From: Akkermansia muciniphila ATCC BAA-835
GTDB taxonomy: Bacteria > Verrucomicrobiota > Verrucomicrobiia > Verrucomicrobiales > Akkermansiaceae
Assembly (NCBI RefSeq): GCF_000020225.1
Contig: NC_010655.1
Location: forward strand, 1,050,001 to 1,082,000
Reading direction: 5' to 3'
Length of the DNA: 32,000 bases
The notes beneath the pieces were generated by a model, which saw nothing but the letters and a program-made list of their open reading frames with translations, was not told where the DNA came from and searched no databases. Shown here piece by piece: positions 8,398-16,805 of this stretch; the stretch's first letter is position 1; every line of letters starts with the position of its first letter. The position numbers were made by a program, and so were the translations under genes.

Positions 8398-8477
8398 ATA
8401 TGGCAATTGAAAAATCCCCGGTCTTGCCGGAAGTGCGGTTCCGGGGTTTCTTGAGGTTCCAAACAGCATGATTCCTG

Positions 8478-9632
8478 ATGAAAATAATTAATCTTTTATT
8501 CTGCATGCCCCTGCTGGTGGTTTGCTTCTCCTGCCAGCGGGAGGGTGAAAGCCAGGCAGCCGGATTGCCCGGCGAAACCGTGCCGGAAGTGTCTGTCATG
8601 ACGGTACGCAGTACTCAGGTTCCCGTAACCGCCAATCTTCCCGGCCGTATGGAAGCGTATCTCCAGGCGGAAGTGCGCGCCCGCGTGACGGGAATTATTC
8701 AGGAACGCTGCTATCAGGAAGGGCAGACGGTCCGGCCGGGCGATCTTCTTTTTAAAATAGACCCGGCTCCGCTTCAGGCTGTCCTGGATGAATGCAAGGC
8801 TGCAGTGGCTCGTGCCAGGGCCGTTCTGTCGGATGCGGAGGACAAGGCCGCCCGGTATTCCTCCCTGGTCGCCAAGGGCGCCGTCAGCATACGTGAGCAT
8901 AAACAGGCCAGGGCGGAGGAAGAGCGGGCCAGGGCGGAATATGCCGCCGCGGCCGCCTCTCTGGAGCAGGCGCGCCTGAATCTGGAATATACCCGAGTGG
9001 AGGCGCCCATCTCCGGCCGCGTGCGCCGTGCCCTGGTGACGGAAGGGGCGTTTGCCAACCAGAATGAATTCACCCACCTGACCACCATTGAACAGATTGA
9101 CCCCATTTATGTCCGCTTCAGCCAGCCGGCCTCCCAGTACAGCAGCCTGCGCCGCGCCGTCGTATCCGGATTGTGGAAGGGAGTGCCGCTGGGCGAAATC
9201 AAGGTGCGCCTGCTGCTCTCCAATGGGGAGGAATACCCCCATTCCGGCAGGATCATTTTTTCCGACATGGCGGTGGACCCGAATACGGATACTATTGAAA
9301 TGCGGGCCCTGTTCCCCAACCCGGACCAAGAACTGCTGCCCGGCGCCTATGTGCGCGTGGTGTTTGACAGGGCGGTGCGGGACAACGTATTCGCCATTCC
9401 CCGGGATGCCGTCATCCGCACCGCGCAGGGAGCTTCCGTCTTTGTCGTGGGCCCGGAAGGCGTGCTGGAAGCGCGCCCCGTCAGGGCGGATACGCTGAAC
9501 GGCCGGGAATGGCTGGTTTCAGAAGGCCTCCGGGATGGGGACAGGGTTGCCGTCAGCCACACGATGTCCCTCCGCCCCGGCATGAAAGTCCGCAGTGCCG
9601 CCGCCCGGCCGCAACCCCATGCCCAGCAATAA
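8478..9632 (+). CDS. RND efflux periplasmic adaptor (membrane fusion protein, AcrA/MexA-like lipoprotein)
   Basis: Signal/lipobox LLVVCFSC, alpha-hairpin region rich in A/R/E, and YTRVEAPISGRVRR, typical of the HlyD/AcrA family. It lies 6 nt upstream of the pump gene. Confidence 0.92.
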   Translation: MKIINLLFCMPLLVVCFSCQREGESQAAGLPGETVPEVSVMTVRSTQVPVTANLPGRMEAYLQAEVRARVTGIIQERCYQEGQTVRPGDLLFKIDPAPLQAVLDECKAAVARARAVLSDAEDKAARYSSLVAKGAVSIREHKQARAEEERARAEYAAAAASLEQARLNLEYTRVEAPISGRVRRALVTEGAFANQNEFTHLTTIEQIDPIYVRFSQPASQYSSLRRAVVSGLWKGVPLGEIKVRLLLSNGEEYPHSGRIIFSDMAVDPNTDTIEMRALFPNPDQELLPGAYVRVVFDRAVRDNVFAIPRDAVIRTAQGASVFVVGPEGVLEARPVRADTLNGREWLVSEGLRDGDRVAVSHTMSLRPGMKVRSAAARPQPHAQQ

Positions 9633-9638
9633 ACCGCC

Positions 9639-12600
9639 ATGCCTGATTTCTTCATACGCCGCCCCATTTTTGCCTGGGTAGTCGCACTCCTGATTTCCCT
9701 GATGGGCCTTCTGGCCATTCCCAGCCTGCCCATTGCCCAGTATCCGGACATCGCTCCCCCGGTCATCACCCTGCGCACCACATATCCGGGGGCTTCCGCC
9801 CGGGATACGGAGGAAGCCGTTACCGCCGTCATTGAAAAGGAAATCAACGGAGCGCCCGGCTTGATGTACATGTCCGCCACCAGCAGCTCCGACGGAGCCG
9901 TGGAAATAGCCGCTACGTTCACGCAGGGCACGGATCCGGATATTGCCGCCGTAGAAGTGCAGAACAGGCTGAAAATCGTGGAATCCCGCCTGCCGGAATC
10001 CGTCCGGAGAGAAGGCGTGTTCGTGGAAAAATCATCCAACAATATTCAGGCGATGATTTCCCTCTCTTCTACAGGCAGCCTGAATGATACGGAGCTGGGG
10101 GAATGGGCTTCCGCCCGCATCATCCCGGAACTGAAGCGTGTGAAAGGCGTCGGGCGCGTGGAGCTTTTCGGTGCGGAGACATCCATGCGCATCTGGCCGG
10201 ACCCGGAAAAACTGGAGGCGCTGGGCCTGACCCCCACGGATATTGTCAATGCCGTGGCTGCCCAGAGCGAGCGCATCATCATCGGGGACATCGGGGGGGC
10301 GGCCGTTCCCGAATCCGCCCCCATCAACGCCGGCGTGGTGGCGGAGGACGCTTTCCGTACGCCGGAGGAATTCGCCTCCATTGCGTTGAGGACGCTTTCA
10401 GACGGTTCCTCCGTCAAACTGGGGGACGTGGCGAGGGTGGAGCTGGGCGCCAACAGCTACGCATTCTTTTCCCGCTGCAACGGCCAGACGGCCACCGGAA
10501 TGGCCATCAAGATGGCTCCCGGCTCCAATGCCGTGGAAACCATGGGCCTGCTCAAGGCCAAGATGGATGAACTGTCCAGGGATTTCCCGCCCGGAGTCTC
10601 CTACCAGATTCCCTATGAAACCACCCACTTCGTGGAAATCTCCATCCGGAAAGTCATTTCAACCCTGCTGGAAGCCGTCCTGCTGGTGTTCCTGGTCATG
10701 TTCCTGTTCCTCCAGAACTTCCGGGCTACCCTGATTCCCACGCTCGTCGTCCCCGTAGCCCTGCTGGGAACCTTTGCCGTGATGTGGCTCTCCGGGTTCT
10801 CCATCAACATGCTTACCATGTTCGGCATGGTGCTCAGCATCGGCATTCTGGTGGATGACGCCATCGTGGTGGTGGAAAATGTGGAACGCATCATGATGGA
10901 AGAAGGTCTGGATGCCCGGCGCGCTACGGTGAAAGCCATGAAGCAGATCGGCGGGGCCATCGTGGGCATCACCGCCGTGCTCGTGGCGGTTTTCGTGCCC
11001 ATGGCCTTTTTCAGCGGAGCGGTGGGGAACATTTACCGGCAGTTTGCCGTAACGCTCATTGTGTCCATCTCCTTCTCCGCGTTTCTGGCCCTTTCCCTGA
11101 CTCCGGCGCTGTGCGCCGCCATGCTGAAACCCTCCTCCGTGGAGCATCAGGAGAAAAAGGGTTTTTTCGGATGGTTCAACCGGACGATACACCGGTCCAC
11201 GGACCGGTACGGCCGTGCCATATCCGGAATGATCCGCCGCCCTGTGCGCTCCCTGTTCCTGTATGCCCTCATTATTGCAGGGGCCGGCTATTTGTACCTT
11301 ACGCTGCCCACCTCCTTCCTTCCGGAAGAAGACCAGGGCAACTTCATGGCAATGGTGTCCCTCCCTGCCGGCACCCTTCAGAAGGAAACCAGCGTGCGGC
11401 TGCGGGAAGTGGAGGATTACCTGATGCGGCATGAGCCGGTGGAGCACGTTTACTCCGTGGGAGGGTTCAGCTTCATGGGCTCCGGAACCAACATGGCCAT
11501 GCTGTTTGTCGGTCTGAAAAACTGGGACGAGCGTCCCGGAGAAAACAGTGCTGTCCAGGCGATTATTGACCGCGTCAATGCCCGCTTTGCCGGAGACGGT
11601 CAGATGATGGTCATGGCCCTGAACATGCCGGCCCTGCCGGAGCTGGGCAATTCGTCCGGATTCGACTTCCGGCTCCAGGACAAGGGCGGCCTGGGATATG
11701 CCCGCATGGCGGAAGCCCGGGACGAGCTTCTGGCCCGTGCCAATGCGGACCCCAATCTGGCGGGCGTTTATTTCTCCGGCCAGGCGGATACGCCGCGTCT
11801 GCATGTCTCCATTGACCGGGAAAAAGCCTTTTCCATGGGAGTTCCCATTGCGGAGATCAGCAATTCTCTGGCGGTCATGTTCGGGTCCAGCTACGTGGGG
11901 GATTTCATGCATGACAGCCAGGTGCGCCGCATCATGGTGCAGGCGGACGGAAAAAGCCGCCTGAACGGAAACGACATTGAGGACCTGCATGTCCGCAATG
12001 ACCAGGGGAAGCTTCTGCCCCTTTCCTCCTTTGTCAGGCTGGACTGGACGGCGGGGCCTCCGCAGCTCACGCGCTACAATAACTATCCCTCCTTCACCAT
12101 CAACGGCTCTTCCGCGCCCGGCAAGAGCAGCGGAGATGCCATGAACGCCCTGGAACAGATTACCGCCTCCCTGCCGCAGGGCGTGGGGTTTGAATGGACG
12201 GGGCAATCCTATGAAGAAAAGCTGGCCGGGTCCCAGGCCACGCTGCTTTTCGGCCTTTCCATCCTGATTGTCTTTCTGGTGCTGGCGGCCCTGTATGAAA
12301 GCTGGTCCATTCCGTTGGCCGTTATTCTGGTCGTGCCCCTGGGACTGCTTGGAGCCCTGATGGCCGTCTTCCTGCGCGACATGCCCAATGACATTTACTT
12401 CAAAGTGGGCCTGATTACGACCATCGGCCTTTCCGCCAAGAATGCCATTCTGATTGTGGAAGTGGCCAGGGAATTTCACCGGGAGGGCATGAATGCGGCG
12501 GAAGCTGCCGTCGCCGCCGCCAAACTGCGCCTGCGGCCCATCCTGATGACCTCCCTGGCGTTCGGGGCGGGCGTCATTCCTCTGGCGTTCGCCCATGGGG

Positions 12601-12743
12601 CGGCGGCCGGAGCGCAGCGCGCCGTGGGCACCGGCGTGCTGGGCGGCATCATTACGGCCACGCTGCTGGCCATCTTCCTGGTGCCCCTCTTCTTCCGCCT
12701 GACGGCCGGAAAGAGGGGGCCGGATCATCCGGAAGGAATCTGA
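9639..12743 (+). CDS. RND multidrug efflux permease (HAE1, AcrB/MexB-like)
   Basis: 1034 aa. The N-terminus MPDFFIRRPIFAWVVALLISLMGLLAIPSLPIAQYPDIAPPVITL is nearly canonical for AcrB. Architecture is 12 TM helices plus two large periplasmic loops. Confidence 0.95.
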   Translation: MPDFFIRRPIFAWVVALLISLMGLLAIPSLPIAQYPDIAPPVITLRTTYPGASARDTEEAVTAVIEKEINGAPGLMYMSATSSSDGAVEIAATFTQGTDPDIAAVEVQNRLKIVESRLPESVRREGVFVEKSSNNIQAMISLSSTGSLNDTELGEWASARIIPELKRVKGVGRVELFGAETSMRIWPDPEKLEALGLTPTDIVNAVAAQSERIIIGDIGGAAVPESAPINAGVVAEDAFRTPEEFASIALRTLSDGSSVKLGDVARVELGANSYAFFSRCNGQTATGMAIKMAPGSNAVETMGLLKAKMDELSRDFPPGVSYQIPYETTHFVEISIRKVISTLLEAVLLVFLVMFLFLQNFRATLIPTLVVPVALLGTFAVMWLSGFSINMLTMFGMVLSIGILVDDAIVVVENVERIMMEEGLDARRATVKAMKQIGGAIVGITAVLVAVFVPMAFFSGAVGNIYRQFAVTLIVSISFSAFLALSLTPALCAAMLKPSSVEHQEKKGFFGWFNRTIHRSTDRYGRAISGMIRRPVRSLFLYALIIAGAGYLYLTLPTSFLPEEDQGNFMAMVSLPAGTLQKETSVRLREVEDYLMRHEPVEHVYSVGGFSFMGSGTNMAMLFVGLKNWDERPGENSAVQAIIDRVNARFAGDGQMMVMALNMPALPELGNSSGFDFRLQDKGGLGYARMAEARDELLARANADPNLAGVYFSGQADTPRLHVSIDREKAFSMGVPIAEISNSLAVMFGSSYVGDFMHDSQVRRIMVQADGKSRLNGNDIEDLHVRNDQGKLLPLSSFVRLDWTAGPPQLTRYNNYPSFTINGSSAPGKSSGDAMNALEQITASLPQGVGFEWTGQSYEEKLAGSQATLLFGLSILIVFLVLAALYESWSIPLAVILVVPLGLLGALMAVFLRDMPNDIYFKVGLITTIGLSAKNAILIVEVAREFHREGMNAAEAAVAAAKLRLRPILMTSLAFGAGVIPLAFAHGAAAGAQRAVGTGVLGGIITATLLAIFLVPLFFRLTAGKRGPDHPEGI

Positions 12744-12855
12744 GGCAGGATTCCCGCTGCGGAAAATTTTTCGTGAACGCCGCCGAAGCGGGTTGCCGGA
12801 GTGCGCTTATTTTTCCTGTGGCAAAAGCCGCGAAAAGAGAATTATTGACAGGCGC

Positions 12856-12871
12856 ATTTCGAATCCGCTGT
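12856..12871. repeat. Left copy of a perfect 16-bp inverted repeat (ATTTCGAATCCGCTGT)
   Basis: Exact reverse complement of 13108-13123. It is embedded in the local palindrome ATTGACAG-N16-CTGTCAAT (12844-12875). Confidence 0.9.
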
Positions 12872-13030
12872 CAATCCTATTATTTTAGTAGGAAATATAT
12901 TTTTTCATGCCGCCATGGAAACCGCATGGTTTGCATAAATGGAAATATATTGATGATAAAATAGTTGTATTTCTTTTTCATAGTTCTCCGGATATCGACT
13001 GCCGCTGTTCTCCGGGGGGGATGGCGTGCG

Positions 13031-13057
13031 CCTGCCGTTTCCGGCAGGATCTATTTT
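13031..13057 (+). terminator. Weak terminator-like hairpin inside the repeat-bracketed segment
   Basis: 7-bp stem CCTGCCG / CGGCAGG with a TTTC loop, followed by ATCTATTTT. Confidence 0.35.
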
Positions 13058-13107
13058 GGAATAAGCGGGATATTTTCTAAAACTTTCTCTGTCAAAACGC
13101 CATTTAA

Positions 13108-13123
13108 ACAGCGGATTCGAAAT
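13108..13123. repeat. Right copy of the perfect 16-bp inverted repeat (ACAGCGGATTCGAAAT)
   Basis: Exact reverse complement of 12856-12871. It contains the hairpin CGGATT-CGA-AATCCG and ends 47 nt upstream of the ATG at 13171. Confidence 0.9.
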
Positions 13124-13170
13124 CCGTTATTTAGCGGCCTTCCCAATATTAACGATTCTTATTAAAAGAT

Positions 13171-13773
13171 ATGAGACTTACTCTTCCATGGCCGTTGCGC
13201 CGTTTTCTGCTGGGGGCTCTTCTGTGTTCCGTAACGATGGCGACCGCCGCTTCCGGGGCGGAATTCGTGGTGGACGCCGCGCAGGCAACCGACCCGTCCG
13301 GGAACGTGTACCGCACGCTTCAGGAATTGTCCTCTTCCGGGGCGCTGTCTTCCGGGGATACCGTTATTTTGTGCAATGATGATTCTTCTCTGACTTCAGC
13401 TCTGAATGTAGCTGTCCATTTCCGTTCCAATGATCCGGCGCTGTTCCGCACCATCAGCAGCTCCCCCGACATTTGGGTAGACTATTTGTACAACTTTCAA
13501 GGAATGCCCCTCCGGCCCGGCAGCCAGACACGCCCCGATATATCGGGAGTTCTTGATGAAAATGGAGTTGCCGTTTTGACGATGGATTCCATCATTCTGA
13601 ACGGAATGGCGTTAACAACGACGCATACTTCTTCCTGTATAAAAATAACGGGCAACGTCCAGTTTGAAAATTCCCTAGGAGTTCCTGCCATCAGATCCGG
13701 GAAATACAGCCCGGACGGAACCGTCTCGATGACGTTGGAAGGCCGCTTTGTGGTCATGCTCTCCGTATTTTAG
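13171..13773 (+). CDS. N-terminal fragment of a Pmp-like autotransporter (signal peptide plus first passenger segment), out of frame with the next ORF
   Basis: Signal peptide MRLTLPWPLRRFLLGALLCSVTMATAASGA. A passenger-like FxxN motif (GNVQFEN). It ends at TAG 13771-13773, and the downstream ORF continues the same repeat architecture in another frame. Confidence 0.55.
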   Translation: MRLTLPWPLRRFLLGALLCSVTMATAASGAEFVVDAAQATDPSGNVYRTLQELSSSGALSSGDTVILCNDDSSLTSALNVAVHFRSNDPALFRTISSSPDIWVDYLYNFQGMPLRPGSQTRPDISGVLDENGVAVLTMDSIILNGMALTTTHTSSCIKITGNVQFENSLGVPAIRSGKYSPDGTVSMTLEGRFVVMLSVF

Positions 13774-13784
13774 AAAAATCAAAC

Positions 13785-16232
13785 GTGGTGATAGGAGATA
13801 ACGCCCTGTTCCGGGGAAATTGGCACGGCGCTATTCCTATCGAGCAGAATTATAACGGAGGTGCGATTTGGAGTAGGGGGGGAAATATCATCATAGGAAA
13901 TCATGCGGAATTCGACGGGAATTATGTTTTCTCTGATAGGCAGGCTTGCCAAGGTGGAGTATTTTATGATGACTTTTTTGGCGGTGCGATAACTGTAGGA
14001 GCGGATGCCGTTTTTACCGGTAACTTTGTTTTCAGTACCAACTACTCTGCTGCTGGGGGCGCGATGTTTGTCAGAAAGGATGGACAGAAATATGCGGCAG
14101 AAACAGGGGCAATAACCATAGGACCCAACCCCAGTTTCATCAAAAATTTTGCTTACTCCGGAAGTGCTGATGCTTATGGCGGTGTGATTTACAGCGATGG
14201 GGATATTTCTTTCAGCGATGGAGCTACGTTTATCAACAATTATGCCAAGACTTCCGGGGGAGCCATCACGATGGGAGGGAAATGCGACCTGCTCGCTCTG
14301 ACGAAGGACGTGCTTTTCAGCGGCAACATGGCTGGGGGCGTCGTCATCGGCCAGTCCGACGATGGCTTCCCCGTGGTGGAAAACGGCATTGCGAATGCCA
14401 TTGACATGAACGGTTCTTTGTTTTCTTCACTTTATACGCCCAATCTGACGCTTGCCGCGGAAGAGAGGCGTGAAATCCGTTTCAACGACCCGATTACCAG
14501 CCGGAACGAAGACCCCGGCCGCCCTATGACCCTCACGCTCAACCGCTACACGGACGGGGAGGGGAATGTTCGCGACACGGATGGAACGATCGTCTTCAGC
14601 GGCGAACTCTACCAGGGAGAAGATACGCATCTTGCCGCCAGCCGGTACAACAGCTTCCTCGCGGATGCCACCCTCTATGGCGGCGCCCTCCTGCTGGAAC
14701 ACGATGTTGTCTTCGGCAGGAATCCTGAGGAAATAACGGATAAACGATACAACTCCTCCCTGACGGTGGAAAAAGGCGTGCTGGAAATCACCGGAGGAAG
14801 CAAGGCCAACGCCTCCAGCTTCACCCTCTCCGGCCCTGGCGCCGTCCTGCGCCCCGGGGAGAGCGCCTTCATCAACACCCACAACGCCGACCTTTCCCAC
14901 GGCTTCACCTTCGATATGCGCCACCAGCTCCAGGCCGGGCCGGTCTTCGGCCCGGGCCTGATGCTCTCCGCCCTGGACTCCTTTACGGCCGGGGGGTACA
15001 TCGGCGTGGCGGACACGGGAGCCAACGCCCCCCGGTTCTACGCGGACCGCTCCTGGAAGCAGGACCGCGTCTTCCACGTGCTGACGGATGTGCAGCACAT
15101 CCATGAGGGGGACTTTGACGGGGCCGTCTCCCAGGCCACCGGAACGGCCCGGGTGGATGACCCCTACGCCTACACGGGAACCTGGAGCCACCGGTGGACG
15201 GACGCGGACGGCGACGGCTACGCCGAACAGCTCCAGCTGGTCTGGAAAGCGGACGGAACCCCCATCAGCCGCGTTGACCCGGAACTGGCCGGGGAACTGG
15301 CCGTCAACTCCCTCTGGAGCTCGGCGTCCAACGCGGCGGCCTTGGGCGGCAACGTCCTCTCCCGTCTGAGCGTGCCGCGCCTGGCCGACAGGCATGCCCG
15401 CAACCTGTGGGGCATGGGGCTGGGCGACTTCGCCCGGCAGCGCAGCCGGGGAGGCGTGGACGGCTACGACTACAACGGAGGCGGCTACTCCGTGGGGGCG
15501 GACAGCGGCATGGGAGGGGAGGACGAGGGCATCTGGGGGATCGCCTTCGGGCAGCTCTGCGGCCATGCCAGAAGCCGGGACTTCCAGGGGCGCAACACGC
15601 AGGACACCCGGATGGGCTCCCTGTACTGGGGCCGCCTGATGGAAGAAAGCAACAGGGCGTACTGGATCTTCAAGGGAAGCCTCACGTGGGCGGAAACGCG
15701 CAACAACATGACCAGCCGCCTGAGCGGGGCGCCGGCCTCCAGGGGCAAATGGAACAACGAGACGTGGCTGGCGCAGGCGGAAGTGTCCCGGACGGCGGAC
15801 TGTGCGGGAGGGTGGAGGCTGACGCCGTTCGTGAGGATGGAATTCACGCACGGCCGTCAGGACGCCTTCCGGGAACAGGGAGGGTATGGCCGTGACTTCG
15901 GAGGGGCGGCGCTGAAACGCCTGTCCATTCCCGTGGGCCTGGAAATAGGCAGGACGGACGAATGGAAGGGGAGGCCGTGGGCGCAGTCGCTGCGCGTGTC
16001 CTATGTGGGGGACGTGCTGAGGGACGTGCCGGAAGCGGCGGTGTACAGCCCGTACAGCGACATGGGCTGGAGAGGAAGGGCGGTGAGCCCGGAACGGCAC
16101 GGCCTGCGCGCGGAGTACAACACGTTCCTGCAGTGCAATGAGCGCTGGAGCGTGTACGGGGGCTACGGGCTGGAAGTGAGGGGAAGCTCCTGCTACCACC
16201 GCGTGAACGCAGGGGTGTCCAGGAGCTTCTAA
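13785..16232 (+). CDS. Polymorphic-membrane-protein-like autotransporter: passenger repeats plus C-terminal beta-barrel; no signal peptide of its own
   Basis: Repeated GGA[IVM] and FxxN motifs (GGAIW, FDGN, GGAIT, FTGN, GGAMF, FIKN, GGVIY, FINN, GGAIT, FSGN). The C-terminal roughly 280 aa has alternating beta-strand patterns and ends in ...NAGVSRSF (terminal aromatic residue). The track start is a GTG, and the frame is open upstream back to 13668. Confidence 0.85.
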   Translation: MVIGDNALFRGNWHGAIPIEQNYNGGAIWSRGGNIIIGNHAEFDGNYVFSDRQACQGGVFYDDFFGGAITVGADAVFTGNFVFSTNYSAAGGAMFVRKDGQKYAAETGAITIGPNPSFIKNFAYSGSADAYGGVIYSDGDISFSDGATFINNYAKTSGGAITMGGKCDLLALTKDVLFSGNMAGGVVIGQSDDGFPVVENGIANAIDMNGSLFSSLYTPNLTLAAEERREIRFNDPITSRNEDPGRPMTLTLNRYTDGEGNVRDTDGTIVFSGELYQGEDTHLAASRYNSFLADATLYGGALLLEHDVVFGRNPEEITDKRYNSSLTVEKGVLEITGGSKANASSFTLSGPGAVLRPGESAFINTHNADLSHGFTFDMRHQLQAGPVFGPGLMLSALDSFTAGGYIGVADTGANAPRFYADRSWKQDRVFHVLTDVQHIHEGDFDGAVSQATGTARVDDPYAYTGTWSHRWTDADGDGYAEQLQLVWKADGTPISRVDPELAGELAVNSLWSSASNAAALGGNVLSRLSVPRLADRHARNLWGMGLGDFARQRSRGGVDGYDYNGGGYSVGADSGMGGEDEGIWGIAFGQLCGHARSRDFQGRNTQDTRMGSLYWGRLMEESNRAYWIFKGSLTWAETRNNMTSRLSGAPASRGKWNNETWLAQAEVSRTADCAGGWRLTPFVRMEFTHGRQDAFREQGGYGRDFGGAALKRLSIPVGLEIGRTDEWKGRPWAQSLRVSYVGDVLRDVPEAAVYSPYSDMGWRGRAVSPERHGLRAEYNTFLQCNERWSVYGGYGLEVRGSSCYHRVNAGVSRSF

Positions 16233-16279
16233 AAGAAAGCTTCAGGAAACGGAATGAAAAATAATGATATGATTATTCT

Positions 16280-16723
16280 ATGAATCTGCGCAAAAAACTG
16301 GCATTTGCCGTCATGGCCCTGGCCATTCCTTCATCATGGGCGGATATCCCGGAATCCTCCGTATCCTCCGCGGCCGTCTTTGCCGTTAAAAAAGCCTGGC
16401 CCAGGGCCGGCTTCATTGAATGGGAGCTCAGCGGATCAGGAAAACTTTATGAAGCTGAATTCAACATCAACGGTTTTGAATTTGACGTCAAAGTTGACCC
16501 TGAAGGAAAGATACTCCGGGTCAAGGAGGAAATAGCGGTATCGGCCCTTCCGGGGCCGGTCCGCGCGGCCGCTCTGAAACCATATCCGGGCGGCAGAATC
16601 AAAGAAGCGGAAAAAGTGACGGAAGGAGGCGTCATCCGTTACAAGGTGGAAGTGGTGGATCATCTGGATGATTACGATGTCCTGCTGACCCCGGAGGGCG
16701 ATATTCTTTACGTGGACCATTAA
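16280..16723 (+). CDS. PepSY-like (putative beta-lactamase-inhibitor-like) secreted protein
   Basis: Signal peptide, then a two-repeat pattern: WPRAGFIEWELSGSGKLYEAEFNINGFEFDVKVDPEGKIL and a second half ending YKVEV...LLTPEGDIL. It is a paralog of 17831-18289. Confidence 0.8.
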   Translation: MNLRKKLAFAVMALAIPSSWADIPESSVSSAAVFAVKKAWPRAGFIEWELSGSGKLYEAEFNINGFEFDVKVDPEGKILRVKEEIAVSALPGPVRAAALKPYPGGRIKEAEKVTEGGVIRYKVEVVDHLDDYDVLLTPEGDILYVDH

Positions 16724-16754
16724 ACGGCTTGAACCGTCTACAGCCGGAAACGGG

Positions 16755-16805
16755 CGCCGCCCTGTCAGGTAAAAACCCTGGCAGGGCGGCGTTCTTCCTT
16801 TTCGG
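16755..16805 (+). terminator. Rho-independent terminator
   Basis: 15-bp stem CGCCGCCCTGTCAGG / CCTGGCAGGGCGGCG (one G-T pair) with loop TAAAAAC, followed by TTCTTCCTTTTC. Confidence 0.8.

Noticed and set aside
10659-12728. 689-aa ORF antisense to the RND pump gene
   Set aside because: Shadow ORF in GC-rich coding DNA (His/Gly/Gln/Arg-rich). The plus-strand AcrB-like reading is unambiguous.
12844-12875. TTCGAATCC T-loop-like sequence with a flanking 8-bp stem, which looked like a tRNA acceptor/T-arm
   Set aside because: There are no D-arm or anticodon arm, no CCA or discriminator context, and the putative T-stem pairs only 4 of 5. It is better explained as part of the inverted-repeat/palindrome element.
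12891-12951. Direct repeat GGAAATATATT occurring twice, 50 bp apart (CRISPR-like?)
   Set aside because: There are only two short copies, with no regular repeat-spacer array and no cas genes. It is not a CRISPR array; I noted it only as internal structure of the candidate inverton.
12773-13165. Two 63-66-aa ORFs inside the repeat-bracketed intergenic segment
   Set aside because: They sit in AT-rich DNA, one starts with TTG, there are no ribosome-binding context or motifs, and they are interrupted by hairpin and repeat elements. They are probably chance ORFs.
14427-16199. 590-aa ORF antisense to the autotransporter gene
   Set aside because: It is a typical high-GC shadow ORF. The translation is Pro/Arg/Gly/Ala/His-rich low complexity with no motifs, and it lies entirely inside a sense ORF that has clear family signatures.
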